64,000 nucleotides of DNA from Eledone cirrhosa (lineage: Eukaryota). The stretch is from NCBI GenBank assembly GCA_964016885.1, contig OZ024742.1, positions 294,066,001 to 294,130,000 on the forward strand. Reading direction: 5' to 3'. The notes beneath the pieces were generated by a model. The model was not told the DNA's origin, ran no database searches, and saw nothing but the letters and a program-made list of their open reading frames with translations. The position numbers were made by a program, and so were the translations under genes. This document shows, in pieces, positions 12,230 to 27,328 of this stretch (position 1 is its first letter; every line of letters begins with the position of its first letter).

Positions 12230-13998
12230 TCTGTATATATAAAACTGTTGTTGTCTGTGTGTGTCCTCATTTTTGCAAATCCACATTTCTACTCCGATTG
12301 ATTTCAAACTTATATTTATATATTCCTTGTGGTCTAAAGATATTAACTGCAGCTTTTATTTTTCAATTTTCTGTTGTTAAAGGGGTGTTAGGTGCCGGTT
12401 ATCTATCTCTGTAGCACTCTGTATGCCTGGCTGTCTGCATTACGACATTCTGACGAACATTGATGACGTATTATGTTCGCTATTATCCGTTCATTGCCAG
12501 GGAACGTCTTCACGAACCAAAGTATCGTCTTCCTGTTTTCCTTCGGTTGCAACGTTTTTCGAAATATTTACTTCTACGTTCACAGATTGATTTTTTTAGT
12601 TTCAGAAGATCCTGTTAAGGGTGAAAGCAACGATTCTTTGCTTAAACTTTAATCTGTTATTTTAATCTATATAAGTATATATATTTAATACATTAACAGA
12701 GAAAGCTTTAAGCAATAATCCGACCGACTTCCGTCTCACTGAACAAACATTAGGATATACCTTAGTATAATCCCAATTATACATTTGGGGTGCTAACTAT
12801 ACGTATTTTGCGGATAGCCAGTTGTATTATTTTATATAAGACATAATTAAATACATCCCTCTTTCCAAACGATCGTTTCATTATAAGTTTTCTACAAGTT
12901 GGGAAAATAATGTCCAGGTTATGTGGAAGCCTACACATAGTCTATAGGAATATATGCAGGTGGGCATTTATAAATCATCAGTGGATGTCCAACAATATCG
13001 ATATAAAAAAACCCCTACCGATATTAACATTCAGCGATGGTACCCGTCAGTGTTACAGTGACCGCCAAATTTAAAATTCCAGCAGTCTCACAAAGAGAAA
13101 GCTCACACTGTCACCAAGCGGGAAGGGGAGGTCATCGCAAAACATAAAAGGATAAAATAATATGCACGCAGGTCAATTAATTGTGTCAAGAATTTTAGCC
13201 ATGCGTGAAGAACTCAATTGGATATTAAAAACAATAAATATATGCATGTATTATTTATACATGTATATAGGTATTTTCTCAGGCTAAAAACAGAGACAAG
13301 ATACCAGAAAAACAATCAATATTTCATACAAAGAATAAATAAAGAAAATCATACCTAAAAATATCTGGAAATTTTCATCTGGCCAATTCAAGAGTATAAT
13401 ATTTAATACATTAACAGAGAAAGCTTTAAGCAATACTCCGACCGACTTCCGTCTCACTCAACAAACATTAGGATATACCTTAGTATAATCCCAATTATAC
13501 GTTTGGGGTGCTAACTATACGTATTTTGAGATAAAACTGAGGAAGGAAGGACGTGTGTGTGTGTGTGTTAAACCCGAGAAGTACCCAACTGATTTTTTTC
13601 CAAACTTTACATGTGTATTACTTATATTTCAGTGAGTGTTATGCACATCACATAAAAAAAATTCAACTTTTGATCCCCTAGGGCCAGCTTTATAGGGGTT
13701 TTTTGAGGCGTTACGTCAGACCAATTTCCTTGAAATTATAACTATGTATTAGTTAGTCTCTTCTTCATACCGTAAGCACAGAAAATCCAACTTTTTTATG
13801 GCTTAGGGCCCGCATTAGGTGAAAACCTGCATTTTTCCTGCTTCATCGAGGAAAATCTTAAAGATTATCCAGCCATCAGAGTATTCGCTTTATTTTCTTT
13901 ACATATTGTCCAGGCATGCAGTTTTTCCACGATTAGGTCTGTTGGCGGCCCGCGTTCCAAAATACCTTATCCCGTGCAACGCCGGGTGCCAGTGCTAG
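12230..13998 (+). mobile_element. non-autonomous Helitron-like element
   Basis: Starts TC(TGTATATATAAAACTG). Ends with hairpin CCCG-TGCAACGC-CGGG then CTAG, between A and T. Internal ~130 bp duplication (about 12683-12810 and 13397-13528). Confidence 0.7.
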
Positions 13999-14116
13999 TA
14001 TATATATATATATATATATATATAATGGAAAAATTTGAACAGGAACAAAACAGAGAGGCAGTACAACGAATGTTTATTAATTTCACGCTCTGGAGAGTGG
14101 GGTGGTGGCGGGGAAC

Positions 14117-14144
14117 GACGTTTCGGGCATAAGCCCTTCCTCAG
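14117..14144 (-). ncRNA. minimal hammerhead core (GAAACGUC type)
   Basis: Reverse complement CTGAGGA-A-GGGC-TTAT-GCCC-GAAACGTC. Stem I is mostly lost by truncation. Between (TA)n tracts. Confidence 0.65.
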
Positions 14145-14256
14145 GTATGGGTTATATATATATATATATATATATATAACCCATGCTAGCGTGGAAAATG
14201 GACGTTAAACGATGATGATGATGATATATATATATATATATATATATATAATACAC

Positions 14257-14303
<47 letters not shown>

Positions 14304-14424
14304 ATATATTTAAATCAAGTGAAACATCCTCTCCTGAGAGTCAACAGATTTTTTTTAGTAATATGAGTAAGTGTTTCAATGACTTCCCATGGTCAGAAGA
14401 AGGAACTGGCTCTGTCAAGACTCA

Positions 14425-14610
14425 CGCCACCACTACCTCAACCCCCAGCATCACCAACACAACCATTACCATTACCACCACCATCATCACCATCATCATT
14501 ACCATCACCACCATACCCACATTCATCATCACCACCATTACCAAAACCACTAACACCAGCACCACCACCAAAACCACAATCATCACCAACAGCAGCACCA
14601 CCACCACCTT
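14425..14610. repeat. (CAC/CAT)n low-complexity tract
   Basis: Imperfect trinucleotide repeat. Confidence 0.85.
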
Positions 14611-15204
14611 ACAACCCAGTTATTCTGTCACCTGACACCAGTTTTGAAAACTTCAGATATGTTCATTTTACTCACAAAATCTTGTTGAAAAAAATTATAT
14701 TTAGTAGAATTATATTAAGTAGATGGAAATTAAAGTTAAAATGGTGAAAGTCTGTCCCAAGCCCAGAGGTTGATCTGCTTGATTCTTATCCTGGTTTCAC
14801 CAGTGTTAAGTGATTGAGAGTACAAGACTGGGTGTCAGTGAATCTGAGTTAATTCCCAGATATGGCCTGTATTCATTTTGACCTGAGTTGACTGAAGCAG
14901 TGTGAAATGAAGTGTTTTGTTCAAGAACACAACACAACACTTGGTCCAAGAATTGAACTCACAGCATTATGATTTAAGTTCAACAACCAAGCCATGCACC
15001 TTTATGAGTAAAAGAAAGACAAAGGAACAAAAAAAGGAAGAAACTATGGTGCAGTTATTGTAGAAGTTGAGAAAAACAACAACAAATAAAAGAAAAGAGA
15101 GTCATATTTGGTCATCACCGAAAAAAAGAGAAAGAAAGAGACCCCCCCCCATATAACGAAAAACAACAATAGCAACAAAAACAAGTGTAAAATGTAAAGA
15201 AAGT

Positions 15205-15565
15205 AACAGTAGCAGCAGCAGCAGCAGCAGCACCAACACCATCATACACCCTCACCACCCTCACGACCACCATAATTATACACCACCACCATTACCATCT
15301 TCATACACCCTCTCCCCCTCACCCCCTCACCACCATCATACACCCTCACCACCACCATCTTCATACACCCTCACCACCCTCACCACCACACTCATCGTAC
15401 ACTCTCACCACCATCATCTTCATACACCCTCACCACCACCACCATCTTCATACACCTTCACCACTCTCACCACCACCATCATACACCACCACCACCACCA
15501 TCTTCATCAAACATACCACCACCACCACCATCATTATACACCCTCACCATCCTCACCACCACCTT
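15205..15565. repeat. CAG run plus CACCCTCACCACCACCATCTTCATA-type minisatellite
   Basis: Tandem imperfect ~25-bp units. Confidence 0.8.
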
Positions 15566-16244
15566 TAAGTGTTTTGAGAATTTAACTAAGATAAATTTAC
15601 CGTTTCTCATACAGGAAGTTTCTATGTGGTTGCTTGACCTGCTAAAAATAGTAGCCAATATTTTGCAAAGATTTCTACAGTGTTTCAAGGATATAATTAA
15701 AGACAAATTCACTGTTTCTCATACAGGAATCTTCTATGTGGTTGTTGAGCTGCAAAAAAAATAGTAGTTAAATTTTCCTCCAATCATACACACACACACC
15801 ACAATCTTGGAAGAAAGAAAAGGATACATTGGATAATGTAGTCTTGAATATATGTTCCATGTGAAAAACAAGAAGGGATGTTCACAAATGGAAAGCCTTT
15901 AATCATAGGTCTTCTGGGTCAGGGTTGACTTGGGGTTAAACAACAACAATAACAACACCAACAAAACATTTATAGAAAGTCAGATGTTGAAAGAAAATGA
16001 CTGAATCATAAAATCTTTTTTTTCTCAGTTTTAACTTGGAGAAATCATCTGTTGTTGAGAATCTGATTGGAATTTGTAAGTATTGATTCTGTATGTAAAA
16101 TGTTTGATCTAACACACACATGAAGTATACACAAAGTAGAGAGAGGGACAGATATTCGTATGATAACTGGTTTGGATATTGTTATACATTTATACATTTA
16201 TATATTGATATATTGATACAGTGATACATGGAAACATTAACACC

Positions 16245-17281
16245 TACCTACATAAATACTTATAGACATACTCTGACATACATACATGCATATATACATA
16301 TATGCATACATACATATATGCATACATACATATATGCATATATACATACTTACATACATATATAACATACATACTTACATACATACATAACATACATACA
16401 TACACACATACATATATACACATACATACATACACATACATACATACATACAAACACACATACATATATACATATATACATATATACATACTTACATACA
16501 TACATAACATACATACATACATACATACACACACATACACACACACATACATATATACACATACATACATACACATACATACAAACACACATACATATAT
16601 ACATATATACATACTTACATACATAACATACATACTTACATACATACATAACATACATACACACATACATACATACACACACACATACATATATACACAT
16701 ACATACACATACATACATACATACATACAAACACACATACATATATACATATATACATACTTACATACATACATAACATACATACTTACATACATACATA
16801 ACATACATACACACATACATACATACACACACATACACACACACACACACATACATATATACACATACATACATACATACACATACATACATACAAACAC
16901 ACATACATACACACACATACATACACATACACACACACATGCATACATATATACATACATACATACACATGCATACATTCATACATACACAGTAAAGATA
17001 TGTAAAATATTCATATTCAAAAAGTTCTATTTCATGTGGTCACTGTGTATACACATGTACAGATACAAAATATATGCACATGCACACATACAACTCAAAA
17101 CATCCACATCCACACATATAGTGTCATTCATACCTGCACACACACGCATACATACATATCTACCTAGTTGATGTTGTCTAAATTCCAATGAAAAAGTCTT
17201 GTGTCTATGTTAGAAACCACTCTTTCTCTATTGGTAAAAATTAATAAAATTATATAACCAGACATACATACATACATACAT

Positions 17282-17319
<38 letters not shown>

Positions 17320-17600
17320 AACAAAAAGACAGACATATATACATACATATATACATACACCAAACAAAAAAAGAGACACATACATGCATATATATATATA
17401 TAGATATATATATATATACATACATCATACACATACATATATACATACATACGTATATACATACACACAAACTAAAATACAGACACACATACATACACAC
17501 ACACATACACACATATGTACGTAGATACATACATACATACACATACACACACATACATACATACATACACTCATACATACATACACACATACATACTGGT
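16245..17600. repeat. compound (CATA)n/(CA)n/(TA)n microsatellite field
   Basis: Directly visible. Similar fields at 18405-18990, 36065-36480, 47290-48195, 58575-58935 and 63770-64000. Confidence 0.95.
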
Positions 17601-17777
17601 GTCCTCAGTCTCTGAATCATATTGCTACTTACAGTGATTGGGATGGAGATGGCTATCCACACGACAACAATTTTCTCTTCTTTACAATCTGACCCCTGTG
17701 AAGGTGGTTCGTCAAAAATAAACTCAAAATAAGAGAAAGAGAGAAGAAACATACATACAAACATACATACATAATTG

Positions 17778-18407
17778 CAGCCCCCACAATATCGAATATG
17801 GCCATTGCACAATATAACATTATTAATAATTATCAATTAATGCTATTGTGCAATGCCTGAGCGTAAAGATTTCTTTTTAAGTGAGGAAAGACTGTGCACT
17901 GAGCCAATCCCACTCTCTGAGCGACAGTAGCTATAACCCGAAAAGAAGAAAAGATCAACATTATCGGTAACTACTGAGCCGCAGGTTTTATGTCAGAGTT
18001 ATCTCAGTTTCCTGACTTACTTTCATTAGAAGAATGCCCTGACAAAGTCTAGGGGTCCTTCACTCCCAGTGGGTTAACCGCACGATTGGGTATACAGCCT
18101 GATTATTTCTATGTCCCCGCGCATATATATATATATATACACATGCATACATGTATATACACATATACATATACATATATACACATGTATACATGTATAT
18201 ACATATTTACACATTTTTGGATGGCTGTTGACTCTTATGAGTTCTTCCGCCCTTTGTCAGGTTTTGTTTTTTGTCTGCAGGGTGTCCAAAATCACCCTCC
18301 TCACCAAGTAAACTTGGCGGAGTTGCCGGTTTAGTCGCCGACGACCCAACCACATGACAGGTTGAACTGGCTTACATGTTACCAGTAGCACTCAAGAGTG
18401 ACCCGAC
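17778..18407 (-). mobile_element. non-coding retroposon-like repeat embedded in (CATA)n
   Basis: Reverse complement is colinear with 48197-48750 (GTCGGGTCACTCTTGAGTGCTACTGGTAACATGTAA...GAGTCAAC.GCCATCC...). Confidence 0.75.
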
Positions 18408-19009
18408 ATACATACATACTTATATACATACATACATAGATATATACATACATACATACACACACACATACATATATATACATACATGCATACATATCCA
18501 TATACATACACATACAAACATACTTATGTATATACATTCATATTACATACACATACTTACATATACATATGTACATACATACATTCATGCATACACACAC
18601 ACACATACATATATACACTCAGTCATACATATATGCATACCCATACATACGTACATACACACACACACACACATATATATATATGATGGCTGTAGCATGA
18701 TTATGTACCAGTAATTAGTCTAGGTTTGGTTTTTGTTATAAAAAAAAAAAAAAAATATTACTCACAATTGAGCAGACATATATATATATGTGCATACATT
18801 CATACATAAATACATACATACATAAAGATACACATATACAAATAAACATACATATACATAGATACAGCATACATGTATACATACATAAATACATGCATAC
18901 ATGTAATCATACATAAATACATACTTACATACATACATATATACATACAGATAGAGAGAGGGACATATATATATATATATATATATATAATATGATTGTT
19001 GTAGCCTGA

Positions 19010-19480
19010 TGGTTTTTGTTACCCAATAGAGTGCGTAGCTCGGAGATCAGAGAGTCACTCCAGGTAGAGCTGCTATTTCTCCAGATTGAGAAATCACAGT
19101 TCCAATACTATGGTTATGTGGTTAGAATGTCCCAGGAAAGAATCACTGGACAAATTTGTAGCTCGGAGATCAGAGAGTCACTCCAGGTAGAGCTGCTATT
19201 TCTCCAAATTGAGAAATCACAGCTCCGATACTATGGGAATGTGGTTAGAATGTCCCAGGAAAGAATTGGTGGACAGATTTTATAGACAAAACCAACCAGC
19301 AGGAGACCCAGGTGTATACCTCAAGCAAAATAGTTGGATAACATCCATGAGCTCGGCTGTGCTTGTTTGAGAATCCAGCCGGATCAGTTGGAAACGGTTG
19401 CTTCTGATAGGACCCACTGGAAGTAGTGTTTGAGGACTCTACTCCCATGACCCTCGCAGCAATAAGTGGGTGAAGGAGAA
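19010..19480 (+). mobile_element. 3' fragment of a second RTE-like LINE family with internal tandem duplication
   Basis: IEKSQLRYYGNVVRMSQER...KPTSRRPR C-terminal motif; ~123-bp segment duplicated. Other copies at 38930-39110 (+), 50365-50565 (-) and 56932-57270 (-). Confidence 0.7.
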
Positions 19481-20532
19481 GTCTAGTGTGGTATGTAAAT
19501 GGTGGGTTAGGTTATCTTTATGTATATGGATGGTATTTATTTGAGTTTATAGAGATCATTGGATTGGAGTCACTTTGTGTTTATAATAGGGTGTATAACA
19601 GTTTTGGTTCTCTTTCTCTCTCTCTCCTTCGCTCTCTGTATATATGTATATAAACATATATATATACTTTATTATCGCCAAGTTAGAATCCTGTTACTTT
19701 GGCGTTTCTCAGGGTTATTTGACAAGACATATTTATATGTATACATGTAGATCCTAAGTGAAATCAGGAGTAACCACAGTCAATTTATATGTAATAAATA
19801 ATATAATATATACTATGTATAAATAAATATTATATATTTTTTGTTTTACTATATTTATATATATGTATCATTTGATATTTAATATATTATTTTATCATCT
19901 CTACTTCTCCCCCACCACCCCTGAGGTCCCAGCATCCTTTGGATCTTCTCATTGCGCCCTGACGGTGGTAGCACCCATTTTGAGAACCTCTGATCTACAC
20001 CAACCAGACCCATTTAGTACTAACAGATAAATTTATTTAAAATCGAAAAAGCTCTATCCCGCCTAACCAACCAAAACCTCTGCAAATCATTGTTAACCCC
20101 ATGTGACATTTGGTTTCTTCCACAAAATTTAATAAAGCTATCTTTTTCAATTATATATCGTCTTCGTCATCATCATCATCATTTACTGCTTTTCCTGATA
20201 GCAAGTGTTGATCAGGATTTCACAGATGTAGTGAGTACTGAAGCAGGGATACTGACTTCCCACCCAGACAGGCTGGTCCCATGCCCTACTGAGTGCACCA
20301 GCACAAGAGATGTTGTCATGTCTTTGATATTACTGAATGGTCCTTCCAACCCTTTGTTTGGCAAGCTTTCTTCAGCTGGATACCTTTCCTATCATCAACA
20401 ACTTTATAACATGTACTTGGTGCATTTAGCATGTGTCACCGGTAGGGAGGGTGTCATGTCTTTGACACAACTGAAGAGCTCTCTCAGCTCTTTAATTAAC
20501 ATATATATATACGATGATGATGATGATGATGA

Positions 20533-21655
20533 TCATCATCATCATCGTTTAACGTCTATCTTCCATGCTAGCATGGGTTTAGACGGGAATTGTCCCACTT
20601 GAGGCAAGATTGGTTGTCTTGCTCGTATAGGACTATCTGGCAGGTTTTCTACGGCTGGATGCCCTTCCTAACACCAACCACGTTTACAGTGTGGATGGGA
20701 GGTTTTTACTGTGTTGCCTACATGGCCACATTACAGCGTGGACTGTGTTTTTTTTTGTTGTGATATCTACACGACCTCATTTATTTTGGTTTGGATGTTG
20801 TGGTACTAACATAACTTTACAGAGAAAGGAGTGGTGTTGATGGGGGTGGGAGTAGGGGTAGTGGGATGGGGGTGTATTTTTGGTTAAGAGGTGCCTACTG
20901 ACTGTAGGTTTCGCTTTGTACATAGGCAAGGCGGGTCTTCTGTATTACTGCGTAGCGCCAAAGATCTCGGTTCAGTGACACTGTCTTGCAGAGGTGTAAG
21001 TGTGTATGGTCGGAATTTTTCTGGGTCTGCCTACTCCGTAGCTTCATTCAATTTTGATCGCCCTGCACTTTTTTATACAGCTGTCGTCTTTCATGCGCAT
21101 CACGTGACCATACCAACGTAGTCTTCTCTCGAGTAAACGGCATCTGATCCCTCTTATTCCTAATTTCTCACTTAGTTCATTTATGCTTTGCCGTTCACGT
21201 ATATTACTATTACACATTCAATGGAGCATGCAAGCTTCGTTCCTTTCCAGTCTGCGCAGATCCTCTGCACACAATGCCCATGTCTCACTGCCATGTAACA
21301 TTGCTGTTCGTATGCAGGCATCATACAGTCTGCCTTTCATTTTTAGAGAGAAACCTTTAGCGGGCAATAGTGGTATAAGCTCTATGAACTTTTTCCATCC
21401 CGTTCTGACTCTGGCTACTGTACTTTCAGAGCACCTTCCTCCACTGCTGATTTTGTCACCCAGGTAACGGAAGGTGTCCACTATTTCTATAGAACCATCT
21501 GGGCAATAGAAGGAGCTAGTATCCTGTGGGCACTTGCTACTTATTGCACCTGAGCACCGGCCACATATAAAATCTATGTTCTTAGTTAGCTTACCTGTGA
21601 TCCCACTACATCTTTTATGCACGCATACTTTGCATTTGGGACATAAAATGGAATA
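20533..21655 (-). mobile_element. 5'-truncated RTE LINE copy with 3' UTR and (GAT)n tail
   Basis: ORF 21218-21781 C-terminal part is nearly identical to the 28214 protein (ILCPKCK...YLGDKISSGG...AMLHGSETW), followed by the same 3' UTR. Confidence 0.9.
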
Positions 21656-22217
21656 AATTGCCAACAGATACAAAAACTCCAAGGTCACCAGTTGTTGAAA
21701 TGAACGTACACAGATTTGACCCCTACTGACAGTACTGCTAGTCCATTCAGGATCACAGTGTCTCACAACATAGTTAAACACTGTCCTGGGGTATTTTATA
21801 AGATGAAAAAAAAACCAGAATTTACATGAAATTACATCTCAAGGACAAAATACATATATAATTAAATGTTCAACATTTAAGTTGAACTTAATGTAACGAA
21901 GAGGGTCAGTTAGATCTAGAGTAGGTGATGTGCAGAGAAGAAAAGGTGAGCTAGTAGTGATAGTTATATCTGAACGGTGTGGTGGCACTGAGATGAAAGA
22001 ATGAGACAAGTGAATCACATGATAGAAAAGGGGAGGTTACTGTGAAAGCAGCAAGCAACTCAACAAATAAGGAGGAGGGGGAGCCACATGCATTACAGAT
22101 AATTGTTTCTACTTTTGGCACAAGACCAGCAATTACCCAGTGTATTACTGGTACTTTATTTTATCGACCCCGTAAGGATGAAAGGCAAAGTTATTACAGA
22201 TAATATTGTGAAATTGG

Positions 22218-22272
<55 letters not shown>

Positions 22273-22277
<5 letters not shown>

Positions 22278-22463
22278 AATATAGAAATGGCTTCTACAGG
22301 ACTAGAACTGTTTCATTCGAAAGAAATCATCCTGATGATTCCTTTCGAATGAAACAGTTTTAATCCTGTAGAAACCATTTCTATATTAAATTTTGTATAT
22401 ACTCTACTAATGTATTGAGTACTTCACTTACTGTGGTTACCCCTGATGGAACCTGGGACTCAC
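22273..22463 (+). mobile_element. fold-back hammerhead cassette
   Basis: Hairpin 22273-22392 centred on CTGATGA (22332-38)...GAAA (22351-54). The inverted arm reads GAAACAGTTCTAGTC-CTGTAG. (TA)n on both sides. Relic of the same family at 60090-60148. Confidence 0.7.
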
Positions 22464-22471
22464 ATATATAT

Positions 22472-22509
<38 letters not shown>

Positions 22510-22514
<5 letters not shown>

Positions 22515-23250
22515 TATGTTGGTACCACAACATCCAGTCCTAAATAAATGAGGTTGTGTAGGTACCACAACAAAAAAACACACAGTCCACGCTGTAAATG
22601 TGGCCATGTAGGCAACACGGTAAAAACCTCCCGGTCCACACTGTAAATGTGGTTGGTGTTAGGAAGGGCATCCAGTCATAGAAAACCTGCCAGACAGTCC
22701 CATACGAGTGAGACGACCTATCTTGCCTCAAGTGGGACAATTCCCGTCTAAACCCATGCTAGCGTGGAAGATAGACGTTAAACGATGATGATGATGATGA
22801 TGATATATATGTATGTCATCATCATCATCATCACCATCATCGTTTAACGTTCATCTTCCACGCTAGCATGGGTTTAGACGGTTTTGTTCCATTTGATGCG
22901 GGAATGGTTGGGAGACCATGTCTCGCTCGCACGGAAGCATCTCTGGCACGTTCTTTACAGCTGGATGCCCTTCCTAACACCAACCACATTTACAGTGTCG
23001 ACTGGGAGCCTTTTCCCCGTGTCTCCTACACGACCAACTTACAGTGTGGACTGTTGTGTCATCGACACAGTGGACAGAACAGGAGAGGGAGGGTGGGGTA
23101 GGGTGTGGCGGTGAGGTGTACATTGAGTTAAGAGGTGCCTTCTGACTGTAGGTTTGTATGCAATGGTAGTCGGGTCTTCTGTACAATTGCATGGTGCCAA
23201 AGGTCTCGATCCAGTGTTTTTGTCTTAGAGAGGTGTAGGTTGGCAAGGTC
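22510..23250. mobile_element. two RTE 3'-end fragments, tail to tail
   Basis: 22510-22805 (+) and 22815-23250 (-) match the 3' UTR of the 28214 element (GGAAGGGCATCCAG...ACGTTAAACGATGATG). More copies at about 770-1050, 23280-23630, 27060-27250, 31718-32155, 34800-34980 and 52545-52730. Confidence 0.85.
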
Positions 23251-23652
23251 AGTTTTTATGTGTGTGTATATATATATATCATCATCACCGTTTTATGTCC
23301 GTTCTTCCATGCTAGCATGGGCTAGATGGGTTGTCCTGTTGTGGGCAGTGTCTGGTCGGCTGACCATGCCTTGCTCATACAGGAACTGATTTTGGCTTGA
23401 TTTCTACAGCTGGATGTCCTTCCTAACACCAACCTCATTTACAGTGTGGGCTGGGTGCTTTTTTGCCGTGGCACCTCCACGACCACTTTGCAGTGGGAGG
23501 GTGTGGGGGCATATTGTCTATATGCTTCAGCTTGTACCCATGGGAGGTTGGGTACTCAGTATTACTGCATGACGCCAGAGGTCACGGTCGTGTGTCATCG
23601 CCTTTGAGAGGTGTAATTGGGTAAGGTTGGCTTTTATATATATATATGTATG

Positions 23653-23695
<43 letters not shown>

Positions 23696-23743
23696 ATGAA
23701 ATGACAGGAGGCTGGATTTGTGTAAATCCTTGAAAGGTTTATT

Positions 23744-23801
23744 ATACTATGATCATTTCAATGACCGGGTTCCGTATGAATCCGGTGATATCATCAGGTA
23801 T
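23744..23801 (-). ncRNA. intact minimal type I hammerhead ribozyme
   Basis: Reverse complement ATAC-CTGATGA-TATCACCGGATTC/ATACG/GAACCCGGTCATT-GAAA-T-GATC-A-TA-GTAT. Palindromic loop III (GATC). Confidence 0.8.
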
Positions 23802-23905
23802 TCGAAATATAATACGTAAATGTAATAGATAAAATCCATTGGGCTGAAAATCTATACAGTGGTGAACCTCAAACCTGAATAAATAAATATGTTTTCTGTC
23901 AATTG

Positions 23906-23982
<77 letters not shown>

Positions 23983-26900
23983 AGACAATTGACAGAAAAC
24001 AGATTTTCGAACATTTAGGACCCTCTCCTCAGCCCTACTTTTTTGTCTTACATTTGGGTTCCATGAATTCTAAATGAAAATGTTTGGATATTTTTGTCAG
24101 ATCATAGCATTTACTTGACAGACAAACAAACAAAACCCAATACAATCACTATTTATAAAGATTATTTAACACTTTAGCATTTACATTACTCTATATTTAC
24201 TATTGTATTTTCATGGTAAATTCTTTATCTCACATAATTATCTCACATAATATCAAATCTACGATATTTTGATATTATTTATTTTGAGAACAATACCTTA
24301 ACATCAGTATCAGTGGGAACAGAAAGCAGTGAGAGAATTCTGGCCAGATACGGCCGGTTTAAACACAAAAGGGTTAAACATTTTTGTGGCTTATTACATT
24401 ATGTATGCTTACTACACTTCAAAACAATACAAAATTACACATTTATTTATAAATTTCTATTACACATTTGCACTAGTTGATTTATATTTTCAAGAACTGC
24501 ATGGTAACCACTTTGAGAGCTTCCCTTATAAATCAGTGGGTACCAATATAAAAACTGCATGGTACCTAAATTATTTAATGTAACCAGTGGTTATCAATAT
24601 TATTTTTTTATGGAACCTTCAGACAATTTTCCCCAAATCACGAAAACCATATATTTTATGTACATCTCCCAGCTCCTTATTTGCTGTATATAGAATGTCC
24701 AACCTTCAGCATATCCTACTCATAGTCATTTTATTATTTAACCCCTTAAGGGTGGTGGATTGGCAGAATTGGTAGAGCACCAGACATCATTCTTTGCAGC
24801 ATAGAGTTACAGACCTTTACGTTCTGAGTTCAAATCCTGCTGAGATTAGCTTTGCCTTTCATCCTTATAGTGTCGATAAAATAAATTACCAGTCATGCAC
24901 TGGGGTTGATTTAATTGCTGGCCTTTTGCCTAAATCAGAAACCATTATTTAATCCATACATGTGGTGAAATGGAGGAATCATAAGTGTTTCAGATGAAAT
25001 ATTTTGCAATATTTTATTACAGCGCTCCATGTTCTGGTTTCAAATCCCACCAAAGTGAGTTTTGCTTTTCATTCTTTTGTGGTTGATAAAATGAAGTACC
25101 AGTAGTGTTCTGGGGTCGATATAGTCAACTTATCCTTATCCCCACAAATTGTTAGCCTTTTGCCTAAATCAGAAACTATTATTTAATCCTTACCTCAAGG
25201 GGACAGCTAGTAAGATTAGGAAGAAGGTTTTGCCCTTAAATTTCACTTAACTCCTCCCTAAACAATTATGAATTGTAATGTGTAAAACAATGACTCCCAA
25301 CCTTATTTTATTCTTTGACTCTTATATTGTTTTCCTCAAATCACAGAACCCACATCTATATTTTTCAGTTAATCTGCATCACCCTAATATTTATTATTAC
25401 CATCATTATGTTGTTTACATAATAATTTATGCATAGTCCTCCAGACGGCAGTGAATTGACAGAGGGCCTCAGATTAAATACCTTGGTATTTGTCCCAGCT
25501 CACTGTGCTCTTAGTTCAAATCTTGTCACAGTCAACTTTGCTTTTCATCATTTCAAAGTTGAAAGATAAAATACCACTCCACTACTGGGTCAATCCTCCC
25601 TATTTCTCTTTATCATTTTCTTTCACTTTTTATCAAAATCTCATAGATTTTATATTATGTGAGATAATTATGTGAAATAAAGTATTTACCGTGAAAATAC
25701 AATAGTAAATATAAAGTAATGTAAATGCTAAAGTGTTAAGGGCCATTTCTTATTTTCCCTTTTCCCTCTAGACCAGTGGTTTCCAAATTTATTTTGTAGT
25801 AGATCCCTTCTTAATAATTTTTCAGAAATCACAGAACCCATAGCTATATTTGGAAGGGTCTTTAGAATAGTGAATAAAATACCTTGTGTTGTTTATTCCA
25901 GATCTTTATATTCTTAGTTCGATTCCTGCTGAGATTATCTTTGCCTTTCATCCTTTTGGGGTTGATAAAGTACTAGTTAATCAAGTATTGGGGTTTACTT
26001 CCCATCCCATATAATTGTTGGCCTTAAGCCTCAATTAGAAAACTTTATTATCCTTATTACTATGTTTAGGAGAGTGTTGTAGTTTGCTTGAAGCTTTGTA
26101 GAATATGAAAATTGGTTGCTACAATGCAGATAGGGTTGTAAATATTTAGGCAGCAAACTCACCTGAAGACACAGAGAAATAAGGTTGAGTAGAGAAGAAA
26201 AGGAAGAAAAAAAGAACCAGACTTAATGTAACCTTGGAAATAATTCTTGTTCCCTATATTTTGGATGTTCCATCCATTGTCAAGGGGGTCAAAAGGAAAC
26301 TTCGAATGTCGGGAGGGCTTCCAAGTGGCTAGAACAGTTATAACTCAAACATGAGCCATTCAGCAGGCAGAACAGAAAGGCTCTCTCTGATATTCAAAAT
26401 TACTTTCAAATGCCTTTAACAATGGATGGTACATCCAAAATATAGGAACCAATATATATTTCCAATGTAACATTGTCTCTGATTCTTACGGGGTTGATAA
26501 AATAAAGTACCAATAATGCACTGGGGTTGATTTAATCGACTTTCCCCTCGCCCCAAATTGTTGGCCTTGTGCCTATAGTAGAAACTATTATCTCTGATTC
26601 TTTTTCCTTTTCTCTTCCTCTTCTCCACTCAACCTCACTTCTTTTACCTGAGTTTGTTGCCTGAAAATGTACAACCCCATCTGCATTGCAGCAGCTTCTT
26701 AAACATAATCAGTTTACATAGTACTTATTACTCTACCAGTGGTTTCCAAACCTATTTTTTTGTTGTGGAAGCTTTCTACAATTTTTCAGAACATTCCCTC
26801 CATGCAGTCGAGGAATAATAAAGAATAAACTTTGCTGAGCATTCTTTTTTTCTTTTATTCTTCGACTGGTTTCAATCATTGGATAATACCAACAATGGTA

Positions 26901-27247
26901 CTTATTTTATCAATCTCCTTTTATCGAACCACAGATGTAGACACACACCATCATCATCATCATTATCATACATCTGAAAATGATGATGATGATGATGATA
27001 ATACATACATACATATATGCATACATACAAACATACATACATACACACACATATATATTTATCCACACTATAAATGTGGTTGGCATTAGTAAGGGCATCT
27101 AGCCATAGAAACCAAGCCAGAAACAGCATGACACAGTATGAGCAAGACACAGTTATCTGATTTGGCTTGTCTGACAGCAGGACAACTCATCTAACCCATG
27201 CTAGCGTGGAAAAATGGATGCTAAATGGTGATAATGATGACAATGAT

Positions 27248-27328
<81 letters not shown>

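Noticed and set aside
14363-14747. Thr-rich and Pro-rich ORFs resembling mucin or extensin
   Set aside because: (CAC)n low complexity open in several frames; no splice context.
16244-17836. Long ORFs rich in Y/I/H/T/C/V/M (also at 36003, 45500, 47235-48232, 58507 and 63617)
   Set aside because: Translations of microsatellites; no coding signal.
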